Virus record (IMG/VR): IMGVR_UViG_3300006112_000009
Length of the DNA stretch: 64,000 nt
Source of the DNA: an uncultured virus (IMG/VR IMGVR_UViG_3300006112_000009)
Lineage: Duplodnaviria; Heunggongvirae; Uroviricota; Caudoviricetes
Reading direction: 5' to 3' (one strand)
Under the pieces are notes generated by a model that did not search any database, was not told the DNA's origin, and saw nothing but the letters and a program-made list of their open reading frames with translations. The translations under genes were made by a program, and so were the position numbers. This document shows, piece after piece, positions 18,413-28,147 of this stretch. Positions within the stretch are counted from its first letter, which is position 1. Every line of letters begins with the position of its first letter.

Positions 18413-19570
18413 ATGGCAACTCGCAAGCCGAAACTTACAGGCGATCACTTTGTTAAAGCACTGAACCCAAAACATGCAGATACAAAATACACAGGGGACG
18501 AACCTTTCTTCCCCATGCAGCCACAAAATGAAGACCGTACTATTGCACTTACCCGTGCTTTTACATGGTACCATCACTTCTATGCTAAAAAAGATGCAAA
18601 AGAACTATTGTGTCAGTACTTAGAACTACATAGCCGTTCTGACGAAGCCAAAAAGGTCCGTAGGGTCCATGAAAGTGAATTCCTGATGACACTTTGTTGG
18701 CTAGCCCGCATGAATTTGCGCGGGCTTGAGTTGAGTGAACACGAAGAATTGACACTTGAGAATGAAATTTCGAGATTGGTTAAGTTAGTCAACAAACCTG
18801 AAGTTGTCGAAAAAGAGGAAGTTGTGTCCAATCGTCCCAATGTGCAAGAAATCATGCGAGAAAAAGCACGTGAGGCAGCAGGTGAACTTGAGGGTATGTT
18901 TGACGAGTTTTACGTTGACGGCAAGACCTCAATGAAAACAGTTGATGTTGTTGCAAAATACAATGTCATGTCACAGCATATCCCAATTATCTTAGAAATC
19001 TGGAAAGCGAAAAAGGAAGAGTTTGAAATGTTGTCTGAAACTGACGACCGTGAACTCAAAGAATCCTATGGTAATCTAGGTAAAATTCAGTTGCGTAACA
19101 TTCTTAAATTCATTGAGAATGTCATTGGTGACTTGAACAGTTATATCTCAATTAAGAAAGCAAGCAAGGCTCCGCGCAAACGCAAAGCAGTTCCTGTTGA
19201 GAAGATTGTTGCTAAACTTAAATACTTAAAGGAATTCAAAGATGCAGTCAATAAACTTGACCTCGTATCAGTACACCCTACTAAATTACACGGAGCTAGT
19301 GAAGCATGGGTTTACGACACAGCAAAGCGTAAACTTCACCACTATATCGCCGATGAATACTCAAAGAGTTTCACGGTCAAAGGCAACGCTTTACTTGGTT
19401 TTGACACAAATATTTCCGAAATCAAAACTCTTAGAAAGCCAGGTGAGCAAATTAAGGAAATCATGGGTTCTAAGCCTGCCGCAAGAAAGTATTTCAAAGA
19501 CATTAAAGCAGTCAGTGCGACTCCTAATGGCCGATTCAACGAGAATATGCTAATCCTGCGATGCTTTTGA
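18413..19570 (+). CDS. hypothetical early protein
   Basis: AGGAG RBS then ATG at 18413; about 385 aa, charged, basic C-terminal domain. Confidence 0.75.
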   Translation: MATRKPKLTGDHFVKALNPKHADTKYTGDEPFFPMQPQNEDRTIALTRAFTWYHHFYAKKDAKELLCQYLELHSRSDEAKKVRRVHESEFLMTLCWLARMNLRGLELSEHEELTLENEISRLVKLVNKPEVVEKEEVVSNRPNVQEIMREKAREAAGELEGMFDEFYVDGKTSMKTVDVVAKYNVMSQHIPIILEIWKAKKEEFEMLSETDDRELKESYGNLGKIQLRNILKFIENVIGDLNSYISIKKASKAPRKRKAVPVEKIVAKLKYLKEFKDAVNKLDLVSVHPTKLHGASEAWVYDTAKRKLHHYIADEYSKSFTVKGNALLGFDTNISEIKTLRKPGEQIKEIMGSKPAARKYFKDIKAVSATPNGRFNENMLILRCF

Positions 19571-19586
19571 TTGACAAGGTGTAATA

Positions 19587-19796
19587 ATGAACGAAGCTGA
19601 AAACACTTTTAGGACACTAAAGGAAGAACCACTACTTATTAAAAGTGTGTGGTGCTACTTAGGTGTACATAGGTGGACTCAGTGGAGTAAGCCCATGAAT
19701 CGTATTGAGGGCGCATACAATGTTGACTTGCAAACTAGGACCTGTAGTTGTTGCAATCAGTATAGTGTTAAAGTTTTGAGAAAGACATATAGATGA
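19587..19796 (+). CDS. small hypothetical protein (C..G.H.W..W and C..C motifs)
   Basis: 69 aa; AAGGT RBS; overlaps next gene. Confidence 0.6.
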   Translation: MNEAENTFRTLKEEPLLIKSVWCYLGVHRWTQWSKPMNRIEGAYNVDLQTRTCSCCNQYSVKVLRKTYR

Positions 19797-19996
19797 ACAA
19801 CCGAATTCGAGAATTGCTGACTGAGACCAAACCTTACGGTGTTGGCATTGGGTTGATTTGTATGAATGAAATTGAAAAGTTCGCTGAGTTATTGATTCGT
19901 GAATGTGCTGAGGTTGCCGATAATGCTGATGCTACTAGAGAAAAATGGCAAAGTATTGGCAAATTTGTAAAAGAACATTTTGGAGTTGAAGAATGA
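19793..19996 (+). CDS. small hypothetical phage protein
   Basis: MN.RI.EL ... EKFAELLIRECA ... KEHFGVEE pattern; ATGA overlaps. Confidence 0.7.
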   Translation: MNNRIRELLTETKPYGVGIGLICMNEIEKFAELLIRECAEVADNADATREKWQSIGKFVKEHFGVEE

Positions 19997-20208
19997 TTGA
20001 TCCTAGATCACAGGAAGAAAAATTAGCAAGAATGGATGAGTTGATGAAGCCAATTGAGCAACAACTTATGATGTGTGATGACTATAAAGACCAATTAATG
20101 ATGGCTAGTTCTATGATGGTCACTGCTTGCGATTTATTTACTCAACATATGGGTACAGAAGGTGCGAAAGAAATGTTTACAATTTTTATGGAGAGAAATT
20201 TCAAATGA
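19993..20208 (+). CDS. small hypothetical protein
   Basis: 71 aa, ATGA overlaps on both sides. Confidence 0.6.
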   Translation: MIDPRSQEEKLARMDELMKPIEQQLMMCDDYKDQLMMASSMMVTACDLFTQHMGTEGAKEMFTIFMERNFK

Positions 20209-20642
20209 CAAATCAAGTTGATTTAACAAAATATCAGGGGTTCGTTGAGGCAGTTACTAGTCAGGCTAGTAATGACTTAACAACATTTATGAATCGCTTA
20301 GATTACCTAGATGGTAACTATGTTGAAAACGAGGGTCATGGACCTGATATCAATGTCCCGTTGCTTATCACTGCATGTATGGGTCTTGCCGCAGAAAGTG
20401 GCGAGTTCATTGAAGTGCCCAAGAAAATCATTTTTCAGGGTAAGCCGCTCGATGACGCAGCAGTATTTCATATGATTAGGGAGTTAGGAGATGTGATGTG
20501 GTACTGGATCAATGCATGCCGTGCATTGAATCTTGACCCTAACGAAGTTATTGCAGAGAATGTTAAGAAACTAGAAAGTCGCTATCCAGGTGGCACTTTT
20601 GATGTTCACTATTCTGAAAATCGTCAACAGGGTGATATTTAA
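20205..20642 (+). CDS. MazG-like nucleoside triphosphate pyrophosphohydrolase
   Basis: GLAAESGEF.E..KK, ELGDVMWY, N..KL..RYP motifs. Confidence 0.85.
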   Translation: MTNQVDLTKYQGFVEAVTSQASNDLTTFMNRLDYLDGNYVENEGHGPDINVPLLITACMGLAAESGEFIEVPKKIIFQGKPLDDAAVFHMIRELGDVMWYWINACRALNLDPNEVIAENVKKLESRYPGGTFDVHYSENRQQGDI

Positions 20643-20645
20643 TTA

Positions 20646-20667
20646 AAACGGGCCACAGTGCCCGTTT
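20646..20667 (+). terminator. hairpin, probable terminator or processing signal
   Basis: AAACGGGC-CACAGT-GCCCGTTT. Confidence 0.6.
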
Positions 20668-20673
20668 ATTATT

Positions 20674-21100
20674 AGTTTATAGGTGTCCCAGTACCTTGAA
20701 ATATGGCTATAACCCGTCCTAACCACAGTGACGGTAGAGTGATGACGACTAACATCTAATTTATAGGACTACCCATTTGGATGCCTAAACGCCTTGCCAC
20801 TGCAAGTAACGTTTCCTATATCTTAACGGTTGTGATGTAGTAATACACTTTAAGAATGCCAAAAGATAGTAATTGCGATAGATACTTTTGGGCTGGATAA
20901 CACTTCCCGATGAATCATGTGTTATCATAACAGCGAATGCAGCAAATTCCCTTTACGGGTTAGTGAGACATAGACAATCCTCCACTGTAATATTTGAATT
21001 CATCGTCGCCTAAGTTCCTCAAGAATGTTTTGGTGTGGTAGGTTTATATCTACTCGCCATTGCCTAAGAATATATAACACAACTCCGATACAAATAAACT
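20674..21100 (+). ncRNA. candidate large structured non-coding RNA (about 430 nt)
   Basis: no credible ORF; ends pair (AGTTTAT..GTGTC / GATAC..ATAAACT); nested long-range and local helices; G-U pairs favour the + strand. Confidence 0.6.
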
Positions 21101-21138
21101 CATAGAATTTCCGATAAATAATGTATCCGGAGAGTATA

Positions 21139-21891
21139 ATGAACCTACAAGAATTAAAAGATCAATTATTTCAAAACTTACGATATCGTATGGGTGAAGG
21201 TATAGTTGATATTGAAGCAGATCCAGAGCATTTTGAAGCAGCATATCAATATGCCATTAAAATTTATCGTCAAAGAGCGCAAAATGCTACTATGGAATCA
21301 TACACATTAATGAGCCTAGCGGAGCATGTTGATACATATACCCTACCACAAGAATTTATTAATGTCCGTCAAGTTTTCCGCAGAACGATTGGGTTAGAAA
21401 CTGGCCCTAGTTCTAGTAGCTTTGACCCATTCTCCAGTGCTATCTTAAACACATACCTATTGAATTATAACTACTCAGGTGGATTAGCTACATACGATTT
21501 CTATGCAGGATATATTGAATTAGCCGCACGTATGTTTGGTGGTTATATGATTTATACCTTTAACCCTGTTACTAAACAGATTCGTTTAGTTAGAGATACA
21601 AAGGGATCGGGGGAACAGATTCTTGTTTGGGCTGACATACAACGCCCTGAAGCTGAACTATTACAAGATCCGGGTGCAGGTGTTTGGTTGGGTGACTTTA
21701 CATTATCAACTATCAAAATGATTATCGGTGAAGCACGTGAAAAATTTGGAACTATTGCAGGCCCTGGTGGGGGATCCACATTGAATGGTACCGCATTAAA
21801 AGCTGAAGGTCTAGCACAACAAAATCAACTGTTAGAAGATTTGAAACGCTATGTTGACTATTCACAACCACTAACATGGGTCATTGGATAA
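21139..21891 (+). CDS. neck/head-tail adaptor protein (T4 gp13-like)
   Basis: late promoter 21113-21120; RMG...VD.E, GEAR.KF..IAGPGG...LNG motifs. Confidence 0.75.
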   Translation: MNLQELKDQLFQNLRYRMGEGIVDIEADPEHFEAAYQYAIKIYRQRAQNATMESYTLMSLAEHVDTYTLPQEFINVRQVFRRTIGLETGPSSSSFDPFSSAILNTYLLNYNYSGGLATYDFYAGYIELAARMFGGYMIYTFNPVTKQIRLVRDTKGSGEQILVWADIQRPEAELLQDPGAGVWLGDFTLSTIKMIIGEAREKFGTIAGPGGGSTLNGTALKAEGLAQQNQLLEDLKRYVDYSQPLTWVIG

Positions 21892-21892
21892 T

Positions 21893-23383
21893 ATGAGAGC
21901 AAGTGAGTTCATTGTTGAATATAAACAATATCCTTTGGAAGAGTTTGAGGGTATCAATATGAAACTTAAAGTAGACAACCATGAGTTGATTCTACAGGCT
22001 CTTGACGACTGGGGTAACAAAGTACTAGGTCATGTTAGAATGAACATAGGTGACGGTAGTGAACTAGACCCGCAAGATTTACAAGTTGACGACCGTTACA
22101 GAGGTCAGGGCATTGCAAAGGTAATGTATGATTACCTTAAATCTAAAGGATATGAAATACATCGTAGTCCCGATCAGACAGATGATGGTAAACACTTTTG
22201 GGACAAAAACCGCGGTGAAGAAGGTAATGTTTGGGAAGATGTCTTCGGTTCAAAAGCGCCAAAGCAATTTGAACCTCTGAAAGAGTTTGAGGAAAATAAT
22301 CTAAAACTAGAACCCGAACCGTATGAAGGTTGGACTGGCGAAGGTATTATTGTTCGTGCGTATTTGAGTGACAAAGAAGTAGGGCATGTAATCTTTGAAC
22401 CTACAGAAGATGATGAAACACAATGGTATGCAGTTGATGTTGAAGTAGATGACAACTATCAGCGTAAAGGTATTGCTACATCTATGTATAACTTGGCTAA
22501 GAATATTGCTAAAAAGCGTGGTATAATTATTGTTCGTAGTCATGCACAAAGTCAAGCCGGTCAAGGTCTTTGGCAAGATAAAAAAGTTTGGGAAGATGTA
22601 CCTAAACCTGGACCAAGTTCAGGAGCGCCAAAGCAATTTGGACCTGACGCAAAGATAGAAACTCGCCAAATGACTGTAAAGCAATTAATCTCGTCAGTAC
22701 CAGGCTTGCCCTACTACAACAATGTAGTTGATGATTGGGACGCTAAAGATTACAGTTGGGGTGTTACTAAGAAGGTAATAGAATACGCTACTTACCTAAA
22801 AGAACATCCTGAGAGTTTATCAAAGTTGCCACCTATAATAGTGTTGGACGGTAAGTTTGAAGATGGGGCACATAGAGTATCTGCTATATGGTTGCTACAA
22901 CAAAGAATGGATCCTAAGAATCCTTTATGGGCAAATGCTAAATTGAATGTCCAATTTGTAACGCAAGGTATTACCGAAGCATTTACTAACCCATATAACT
23001 TCAAATGGGAAGAAGGTGAGTACGGTGATTGGGATGCTCTTGCGCCTAGATTGCGATTAGAAATTGGATTCACTAGAGACCATGATTATCCTGACAGGTA
23101 CCAAGTCGAGTTCTGGCGTAACAACAGTATAGGTGTTACTGGTGATGGTGATGCTCAACGTATATTCGCTACTGTATTGGAAGCTATAAAACAGTTTGTT
23201 GACAAAGTTCACCCCGACCAACTACACTTTACAGCAAGTAAGGAAGTAGAAAAAGGTCAGAACCCAGAAAGTCGTGCTAAGTTGTATGACAGAATGGTGC
23301 AACGCTATGCTTCCTCAATTGGATACTCATCACATCGTATGGATACTGGTATGGATATTCAGTACGAACTACATCGTAAATAA
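21893..23383 (+). CDS. modular polyprotein: GNAT + GNAT + ParB/Srx-like + unknown module
   Basis: MRASEFIVE start; V...YRGQGIA and V...YQRKGIA acetyl-CoA motifs; LPPIIV...EDGAHRV; modules separated by VWE/ITE. Confidence 0.7.
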   Translation: MRASEFIVEYKQYPLEEFEGINMKLKVDNHELILQALDDWGNKVLGHVRMNIGDGSELDPQDLQVDDRYRGQGIAKVMYDYLKSKGYEIHRSPDQTDDGKHFWDKNRGEEGNVWEDVFGSKAPKQFEPLKEFEENNLKLEPEPYEGWTGEGIIVRAYLSDKEVGHVIFEPTEDDETQWYAVDVEVDDNYQRKGIATSMYNLAKNIAKKRGIIIVRSHAQSQAGQGLWQDKKVWEDVPKPGPSSGAPKQFGPDAKIETRQMTVKQLISSVPGLPYYNNVVDDWDAKDYSWGVTKKVIEYATYLKEHPESLSKLPPIIVLDGKFEDGAHRVSAIWLLQQRMDPKNPLWANAKLNVQFVTQGITEAFTNPYNFKWEEGEYGDWDALAPRLRLEIGFTRDHDYPDRYQVEFWRNNSIGVTGDGDAQRIFATVLEAIKQFVDKVHPDQLHFTASKEVEKGQNPESRAKLYDRMVQRYASSIGYSSHRMDTGMDIQYELHRK

Positions 23384-23443
23384 CCTAAACACTTTTTATT
23401 GTCACAGCCTTGTAATATAATAAGTATTACGAGGGTTTTTTAT

Positions 23444-24088
23444 ATGATTATAGGTGTTACCGGGTTGATTGGAAATGGTAAAGATACGATTGCAGACTAT
23501 CTTTGCACACATCATAAGTTTAAGCGCATTAGTTTTGCAGCCAGTCTCAAAGATGCAGTAGCAGCAATCTTTGGTTGGGACAGAGAATTACTAGAGGGTA
23601 CGACAAAAAGCAGTCGTCAATGGCGTGAACAAGTAGACCCTTGGTGGAGTGAACGACTAGGTAAAGATATCACACCTCGTTGGATACTACAATATTGGGG
23701 CACAGAAGTCTGTCGTCAAGGCTTTCACGATGATATTTGGGTAGCAAGCGTAGAGAATAAACTACGCCAAGCAAAGGATGATATTGTCATCACCGACTGT
23801 CGTTTTGCTAACGAGATTAAAGCTATCAAAGATGCAGGTGGCATCACAGTACGAGTATCTAGGGGAGACGATCCTGAATGGTATAGTGCAGCAGTTGAAT
23901 ATAACAAGGGACCAAACGGTAATCCCATGTGGGCACTGAGCAAAGCTAAACTAGACAAACTAAAAGTACATGCTAGTGAGTATTCTAGTGTTGGATTAAA
24001 GTATGATTATTACCTAGACAACAATGGAACGATTGATGAATTGCACAATCGTATTAGTCAACTGTTAGATCACCACGACGCCACGTAA
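23444..24088 (+). CDS. deoxynucleoside monophosphate kinase (T4 gp1-like)
   Basis: IIGVTGLIGNGKDT, SFA..LKD, R.ILQ.WGTE, DCRF.NE, HASE. Confidence 0.9.
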   Translation: MIIGVTGLIGNGKDTIADYLCTHHKFKRISFAASLKDAVAAIFGWDRELLEGTTKSSRQWREQVDPWWSERLGKDITPRWILQYWGTEVCRQGFHDDIWVASVENKLRQAKDDIVITDCRFANEIKAIKDAGGITVRVSRGDDPEWYSAAVEYNKGPNGNPMWALSKAKLDKLKVHASEYSSVGLKYDYYLDNNGTIDELHNRISQLLDHHDAT

Positions 24089-24395
24089 CCTCTTTACGTT
24101 TCACTACCTCTATGCAGTTTAGGCAGATAGTTCTTAAATTAGTCATGTTAATGTTCTCTAAGTTCCCGTCAATATGAAACACTGTTAGTTGACTAGTGAA
24201 CAACCCCTTAAAGCCACATAAGTCACATGTGGCTTTTTTCTTGTATGTACCACTTTGCCAATTTGGCTTTCTTGGTTTAAGTTTATTCTTTTTACGACCG
24301 CATTCATCACACGTACTGCGATAGTACGTTTTTTCCTTACGGATATAATTAATCGCACATAGGTTCTTGTTGCAAGTCTTGCATATTGGTCTCAT
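24054..24395 (-). CDS. Zn-finger/HNH-like protein
   Basis: multiple CxxC; HIDGN..N....NL.T.C.NC with the terminal His replaced; late promoter at 24400-24407 (minus). Confidence 0.7.
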   Translation of the reverse strand: MRPICKTCNKNLCAINYIRKEKTYYRSTCDECGRKKNKLKPRKPNWQSGTYKKKATCDLCGFKGLFTSQLTVFHIDGNLENINMTNLRTICLNCIEVVKRKEVTWRRGDLTVD

Positions 24396-24515
24396 GTGAT
24401 ATTTATGCAGAAGACCTTTAAAGGCACGCTAATTGGGTCTTTTTATAAAATTTCGCTAAATATCTATACGTACTAGGGCGTTAACCCTCATAATCATAAC
24501 ATAAAGGAAATTAAC

Positions 24516-27500
24516 ATGGCATTATCATCACCGGGCATTGAGGTAAGTATTAAGGATCAAAGTCAATATTTACCAGCAGCCTCAAGTTCAGTTCCGCTAT
24601 TAGTTGTAGCAACTGCACAGAATAAAGCAAATGCAACAAGCACAACTGGTGCTGTAGCTGCAGGAACAATCAAAGCAAACGCTAACAAACTATATCAAGT
24701 TACAAGTCAAAAAGACATTCTTACATTGTTTGGTAGTCCATTCTTCTATAAAACTTCTAACGGTACTCCTATTCAAGGGTATGAGTTAAATGAATATGGT
24801 TTATTGGCAGCATGGTCATTAATGGGCGTAACAAATAGTTGCTATATCTTACGTGCAGACGTTGATCTAGGATCATTAGTGGGTACATTAAATCGTCCAG
24901 TCGGTCAGCCTGTAGGTGGAACATATTGGTTGAACACGACATCAAGTACATGGGGAATTTTTGAATTCAATGCAACTTCTGGTGTCTTCAATAGTATCAA
25001 CCCTATCGTTATCACTGACACAGCATATATTGATACAAACTCAGGATATCCTAAAGATTCGGTAGGTTCAATTGGTTCTTATGCAGTTTTACCTGATCAA
25101 ATTTCAAATGGTTTGTCAAATAACACAGGTACATATTTCTACAAAACATATCTAAACACTTGGGAAATTTTAGGATCACAAGGATGGAAATCTGGTATCC
25201 CAACAATCGTAGGAGCTGCAAGCAATCCTTCACTAAGCTCAGGTGCATTCAGCATTAACATTAACAACTTGTTCTCACGCACAATTTCTATCAGCAATGG
25301 TGATACAGTTTATACTGTCGCTAGTGCTATTAATAATTTGGGAATTGGTGATTTAACCGCGCGTGTTGATTCTTCAAGCAGACTAGTTATCAGCGTATCA
25401 TCAGTACGTACTAACAGTTCATTGACTTTGGCTAATACATCAAATACACCATTGACAGATTTGGGAATTACTTCAGGTCAAACATACTATGCTGCTGACG
25501 CAGTATTTGCTCCAAGTTCAGGTATGCCTCTATGGACAAATAGTCAAGCTGCACCTCACCCAACTGGTTCTGTATGGGTAAAAACAAGTGCTACTGGTTC
25601 AGGTCTAAACACTGTTCTATCGCAATACAGTGCAACAAATGAAGCATTTGCAAGTGTTGCAGTAAACACATTTGATACATTAGATACTGTATTACCGGGA
25701 TTAGATACATCAGGTGGTCAATCTATTCCAACAGGAACAGTTGTGCAAGTTACTGGTAACCAAACATATGGTCCTGCAGGTATCGCTTACTATGTAAGAG
25801 GTAATACAGGCGCAACTGTTGCAATTGGTACAGCTACAAACGTAAGTGTTTCTTCTCCAGGAAAAACATTAAACGTAGCAGTAACTACACCAGGTGTAAG
25901 CACATTCAGCACACAATATAGCTTCACATTCCACGGTGATGCAGAAACTTTTGTAACTGCATGGCAAGCTACAAATATTCCAAATACAACAGCTTCTATT
26001 GGTGCTGCAGGTGAAATTATTTTAACTCACACATTGGGTGGTGATATTCTTCTTAGTGATTTAGGTACTTCTGGTATTTCTAACGGATTGATTTCTCAAT
26101 TAGGTTTCACTAATGGAACAAACGCAATCCCTCACCCAATCACATTTACTACTACAACAGCTACACATACAACTAACGGGGCAGGTAGTGGTGCAACATT
26201 CAGCATTACAAACAAAGTTGGATACTATACATTCAACCTAACTTCAGGTGGTCATAACTATGCTGTTGGTGACTTGTTAACATTCGTTGGTTCTGAACTA
26301 GCAGGCGTTGATACAGTAAACAATTTAGTATTAAGCGTACAAACAGTAAGTGGTGGTGTAATTACATCAGTTGCTTATCATTCAGGTATGCCTAAAGCTA
26401 ACTATGCTACAAGATTGAGTAACTGGAATGAGTTGTATTATACAGCTAGCCTAGGCGCTCCTGCAACTGCACCAACAGACGGAACAACATGGTTCTACTC
26501 AACTGCAAGTCAAGTTGATATCATGGTTAACAAACACGGTGTATGGAAAGGTTATGGTAACGTAGCATTTGACAATAACGGTCATCCAGCGAATAGCGGT
26601 TCTGTTGGTCAAACTAACTCAACAGGCGTTATCGTTGCAACTAATGCTCCTACAACACAACTTGATGGCAGCAACTTAGTTCCAGGTGATCTATGGTTAG
26701 ATTCTAGTGATTTAGAAAACTATCCAATGATTAGTCGTTGGCAAATCGTTGATGGTACTCCACAATGGGTACTAATTGACACCACAGACCAAACAAGTCA
26801 CAGTGGTATCTTGTTTGCAGATGCTCGTTGGGCAGTAGATGGAAGTGTTGATCCTATCAGCGATCCATATTCATCAATTGCATCACTATGGTCAAGTGAC
26901 TACTTAGACCTAGATGCTCCTGATGCTACATTGTATCCACAAGGTATGTTGTTGTTTAACACACGCCGTTCAGGATATAATGTTAAGAAATTTGTTGCCA
27001 ACTATTTCACACCAGGTAACTTTACAAGTGCAGGAGCATTCAATTCAGGTGCACCGGCAACGATTGGAAATCTACCGCAATACACATACACATGGGTTTC
27101 AGCAAGTGGATTGAAAACTGACGGTTCAGCATACATGGGTCGTAAGGCACAACGTGTAATGGTCGTAGAAGCATTGAAAACAGCGATTGGTACTAATATG
27201 AGTATTCGTGAAGAAGATACATTCTTCAACTTGATTGCTTGCCCAGGGTATCCTGAATTGCAACCAGACATGGTTACATTGAATAATGACCGTAACAACA
27301 CAGCTTATATCTTAGGTGATACACCAATGCGTTTAGCTGATGATGAAACAGCAATTACAAATTGGGCAACTAATGCTATGACAGTTGGTTCAACTGGCGA
27401 AGATGGTTTAGTTACACGTGACGAATATATGGGTATCTTCTATCCAAGTGGTTTAACAACAGACTTGACCGGTGCAAGTGTTGTAGTTCCAGCAAGTCAT

Positions 27501-28088
27501 ATGATGTTGCGTACATTCTTACAGAATGATGCTGTATCATATCCTTGGTTGGCTGCTGCTGGCACACGCCGTGGTACAATCACTAATGCAACAGCAATTG
27601 GATATATTGATGCTGCAACAGGGGAGTTCATCTCTATCAAGAACCGTCAAACAGTTCGTGATGCGTTGTACACTAACCAAATCAACCCATTGGCATACTT
27701 CAGTGGTGTTGGATTGTTGAACTACGGTAACAAGTCTAGTTATGAGTCAAACACATCATTAGATCGTACAAACGTTGGTCGTTTAGTAGCTTATATTCGT
27801 TATAAACTACAAACTGCAACTCGTCCGTTCGTATTTGAACCAAACGATGCACTAACTCGTAGTCAAATCGCAGGGGTTGTACAATCATTGTTTGTTGACT
27901 TAGTTGGCAAACGTGGTCTATATGACTATATTGTTGTTTGTGATGAAACAAACAACACACCAGCAAGAATTGATGCAAATGAACTTTGGATTGATGTTGC
28001 GATTGAGCCAGTGAAAGCTGCTGAGTTTATCTATATTCCAGTGAGAATTGTGAATACAGGTGGAATTGCTGCATTAGCAACTGCATAA
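24516..28088 (+). CDS. contractile tail sheath protein with large insertions
   Basis: LSSPGIEV start; C-terminal PWLAAAG..RG, LY...INP, FVFEPND, VCDETNNT..RID.NEL..D..I.P.KAAEFIYIP. Confidence 0.93.
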   Translation: MALSSPGIEVSIKDQSQYLPAASSSVPLLVVATAQNKANATSTTGAVAAGTIKANANKLYQVTSQKDILTLFGSPFFYKTSNGTPIQGYELNEYGLLAAWSLMGVTNSCYILRADVDLGSLVGTLNRPVGQPVGGTYWLNTTSSTWGIFEFNATSGVFNSINPIVITDTAYIDTNSGYPKDSVGSIGSYAVLPDQISNGLSNNTGTYFYKTYLNTWEILGSQGWKSGIPTIVGAASNPSLSSGAFSININNLFSRTISISNGDTVYTVASAINNLGIGDLTARVDSSSRLVISVSSVRTNSSLTLANTSNTPLTDLGITSGQTYYAADAVFAPSSGMPLWTNSQAAPHPTGSVWVKTSATGSGLNTVLSQYSATNEAFASVAVNTFDTLDTVLPGLDTSGGQSIPTGTVVQVTGNQTYGPAGIAYYVRGNTGATVAIGTATNVSVSSPGKTLNVAVTTPGVSTFSTQYSFTFHGDAETFVTAWQATNIPNTTASIGAAGEIILTHTLGGDILLSDLGTSGISNGLISQLGFTNGTNAIPHPITFTTTTATHTTNGAGSGATFSITNKVGYYTFNLTSGGHNYAVGDLLTFVGSELAGVDTVNNLVLSVQTVSGGVITSVAYHSGMPKANYATRLSNWNELYYTASLGAPATAPTDGTTWFYSTASQVDIMVNKHGVWKGYGNVAFDNNGHPANSGSVGQTNSTGVIVATNAPTTQLDGSNLVPGDLWLDSSDLENYPMISRWQIVDGTPQWVLIDTTDQTSHSGILFADARWAVDGSVDPISDPYSSIASLWSSDYLDLDAPDATLYPQGMLLFNTRRSGYNVKKFVANYFTPGNFTSAGAFNSGAPATIGNLPQYTYTWVSASGLKTDGSAYMGRKAQRVMVVEALKTAIGTNMSIREEDTFFNLIACPGYPELQPDMVTLNNDRNNTAYILGDTPMRLADDETAITNWATNAMTVGSTGEDGLVTRDEYMGIFYPSGLTTDLTGASVVVPASHMMLRTFLQNDAVSYPWLAAAGTRRGTITNATAIGYIDAATGEFISIKNRQTVRDALYTNQINPLAYFSGVGLLNYGNKSSYESNTSLDRTNVGRLVAYIRYKLQTATRPFVFEPNDALTRSQIAGVVQSLFVDLVGKRGLYDYIVVCDETNNTPARIDANELWIDVAIEPVKAAEFIYIPVRIVNTGGIAALATA

Positions 28089-28092
28089 TAAC

Positions 28093-28114
28093 AGTCCCTC
28101 GGAAACGGGGGATT
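28093..28114 (+). terminator. GC hairpin after the sheath gene
   Basis: AGTCCCTCG-GAAA-CGGGGGATT. Confidence 0.55.
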
Positions 28115-28147
28115 ACTTAAGATAAATATATTATAGGAGAATAAAAT

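Noticed and set aside
20674..21100. tmRNA, RNase P, tRNA cluster or group I intron
   Set aside because: No tRNA-like ends or T-loop, no GAGGAAAGUCC-type RNase P core, no convincing P7 elements, and the flanking genes are intact rather than interrupted.
21050..21244. 64 aa minus-strand ORF
   Set aside because: Antisense to the neck gene and the RNA candidate; no RBS or recognisable motifs.
24054..24395. Active mobile HNH homing endonuclease
   Set aside because: Short, the terminal His of the HNH motif is replaced, and there is no DNA-binding tail; more likely a resident zinc-finger protein.
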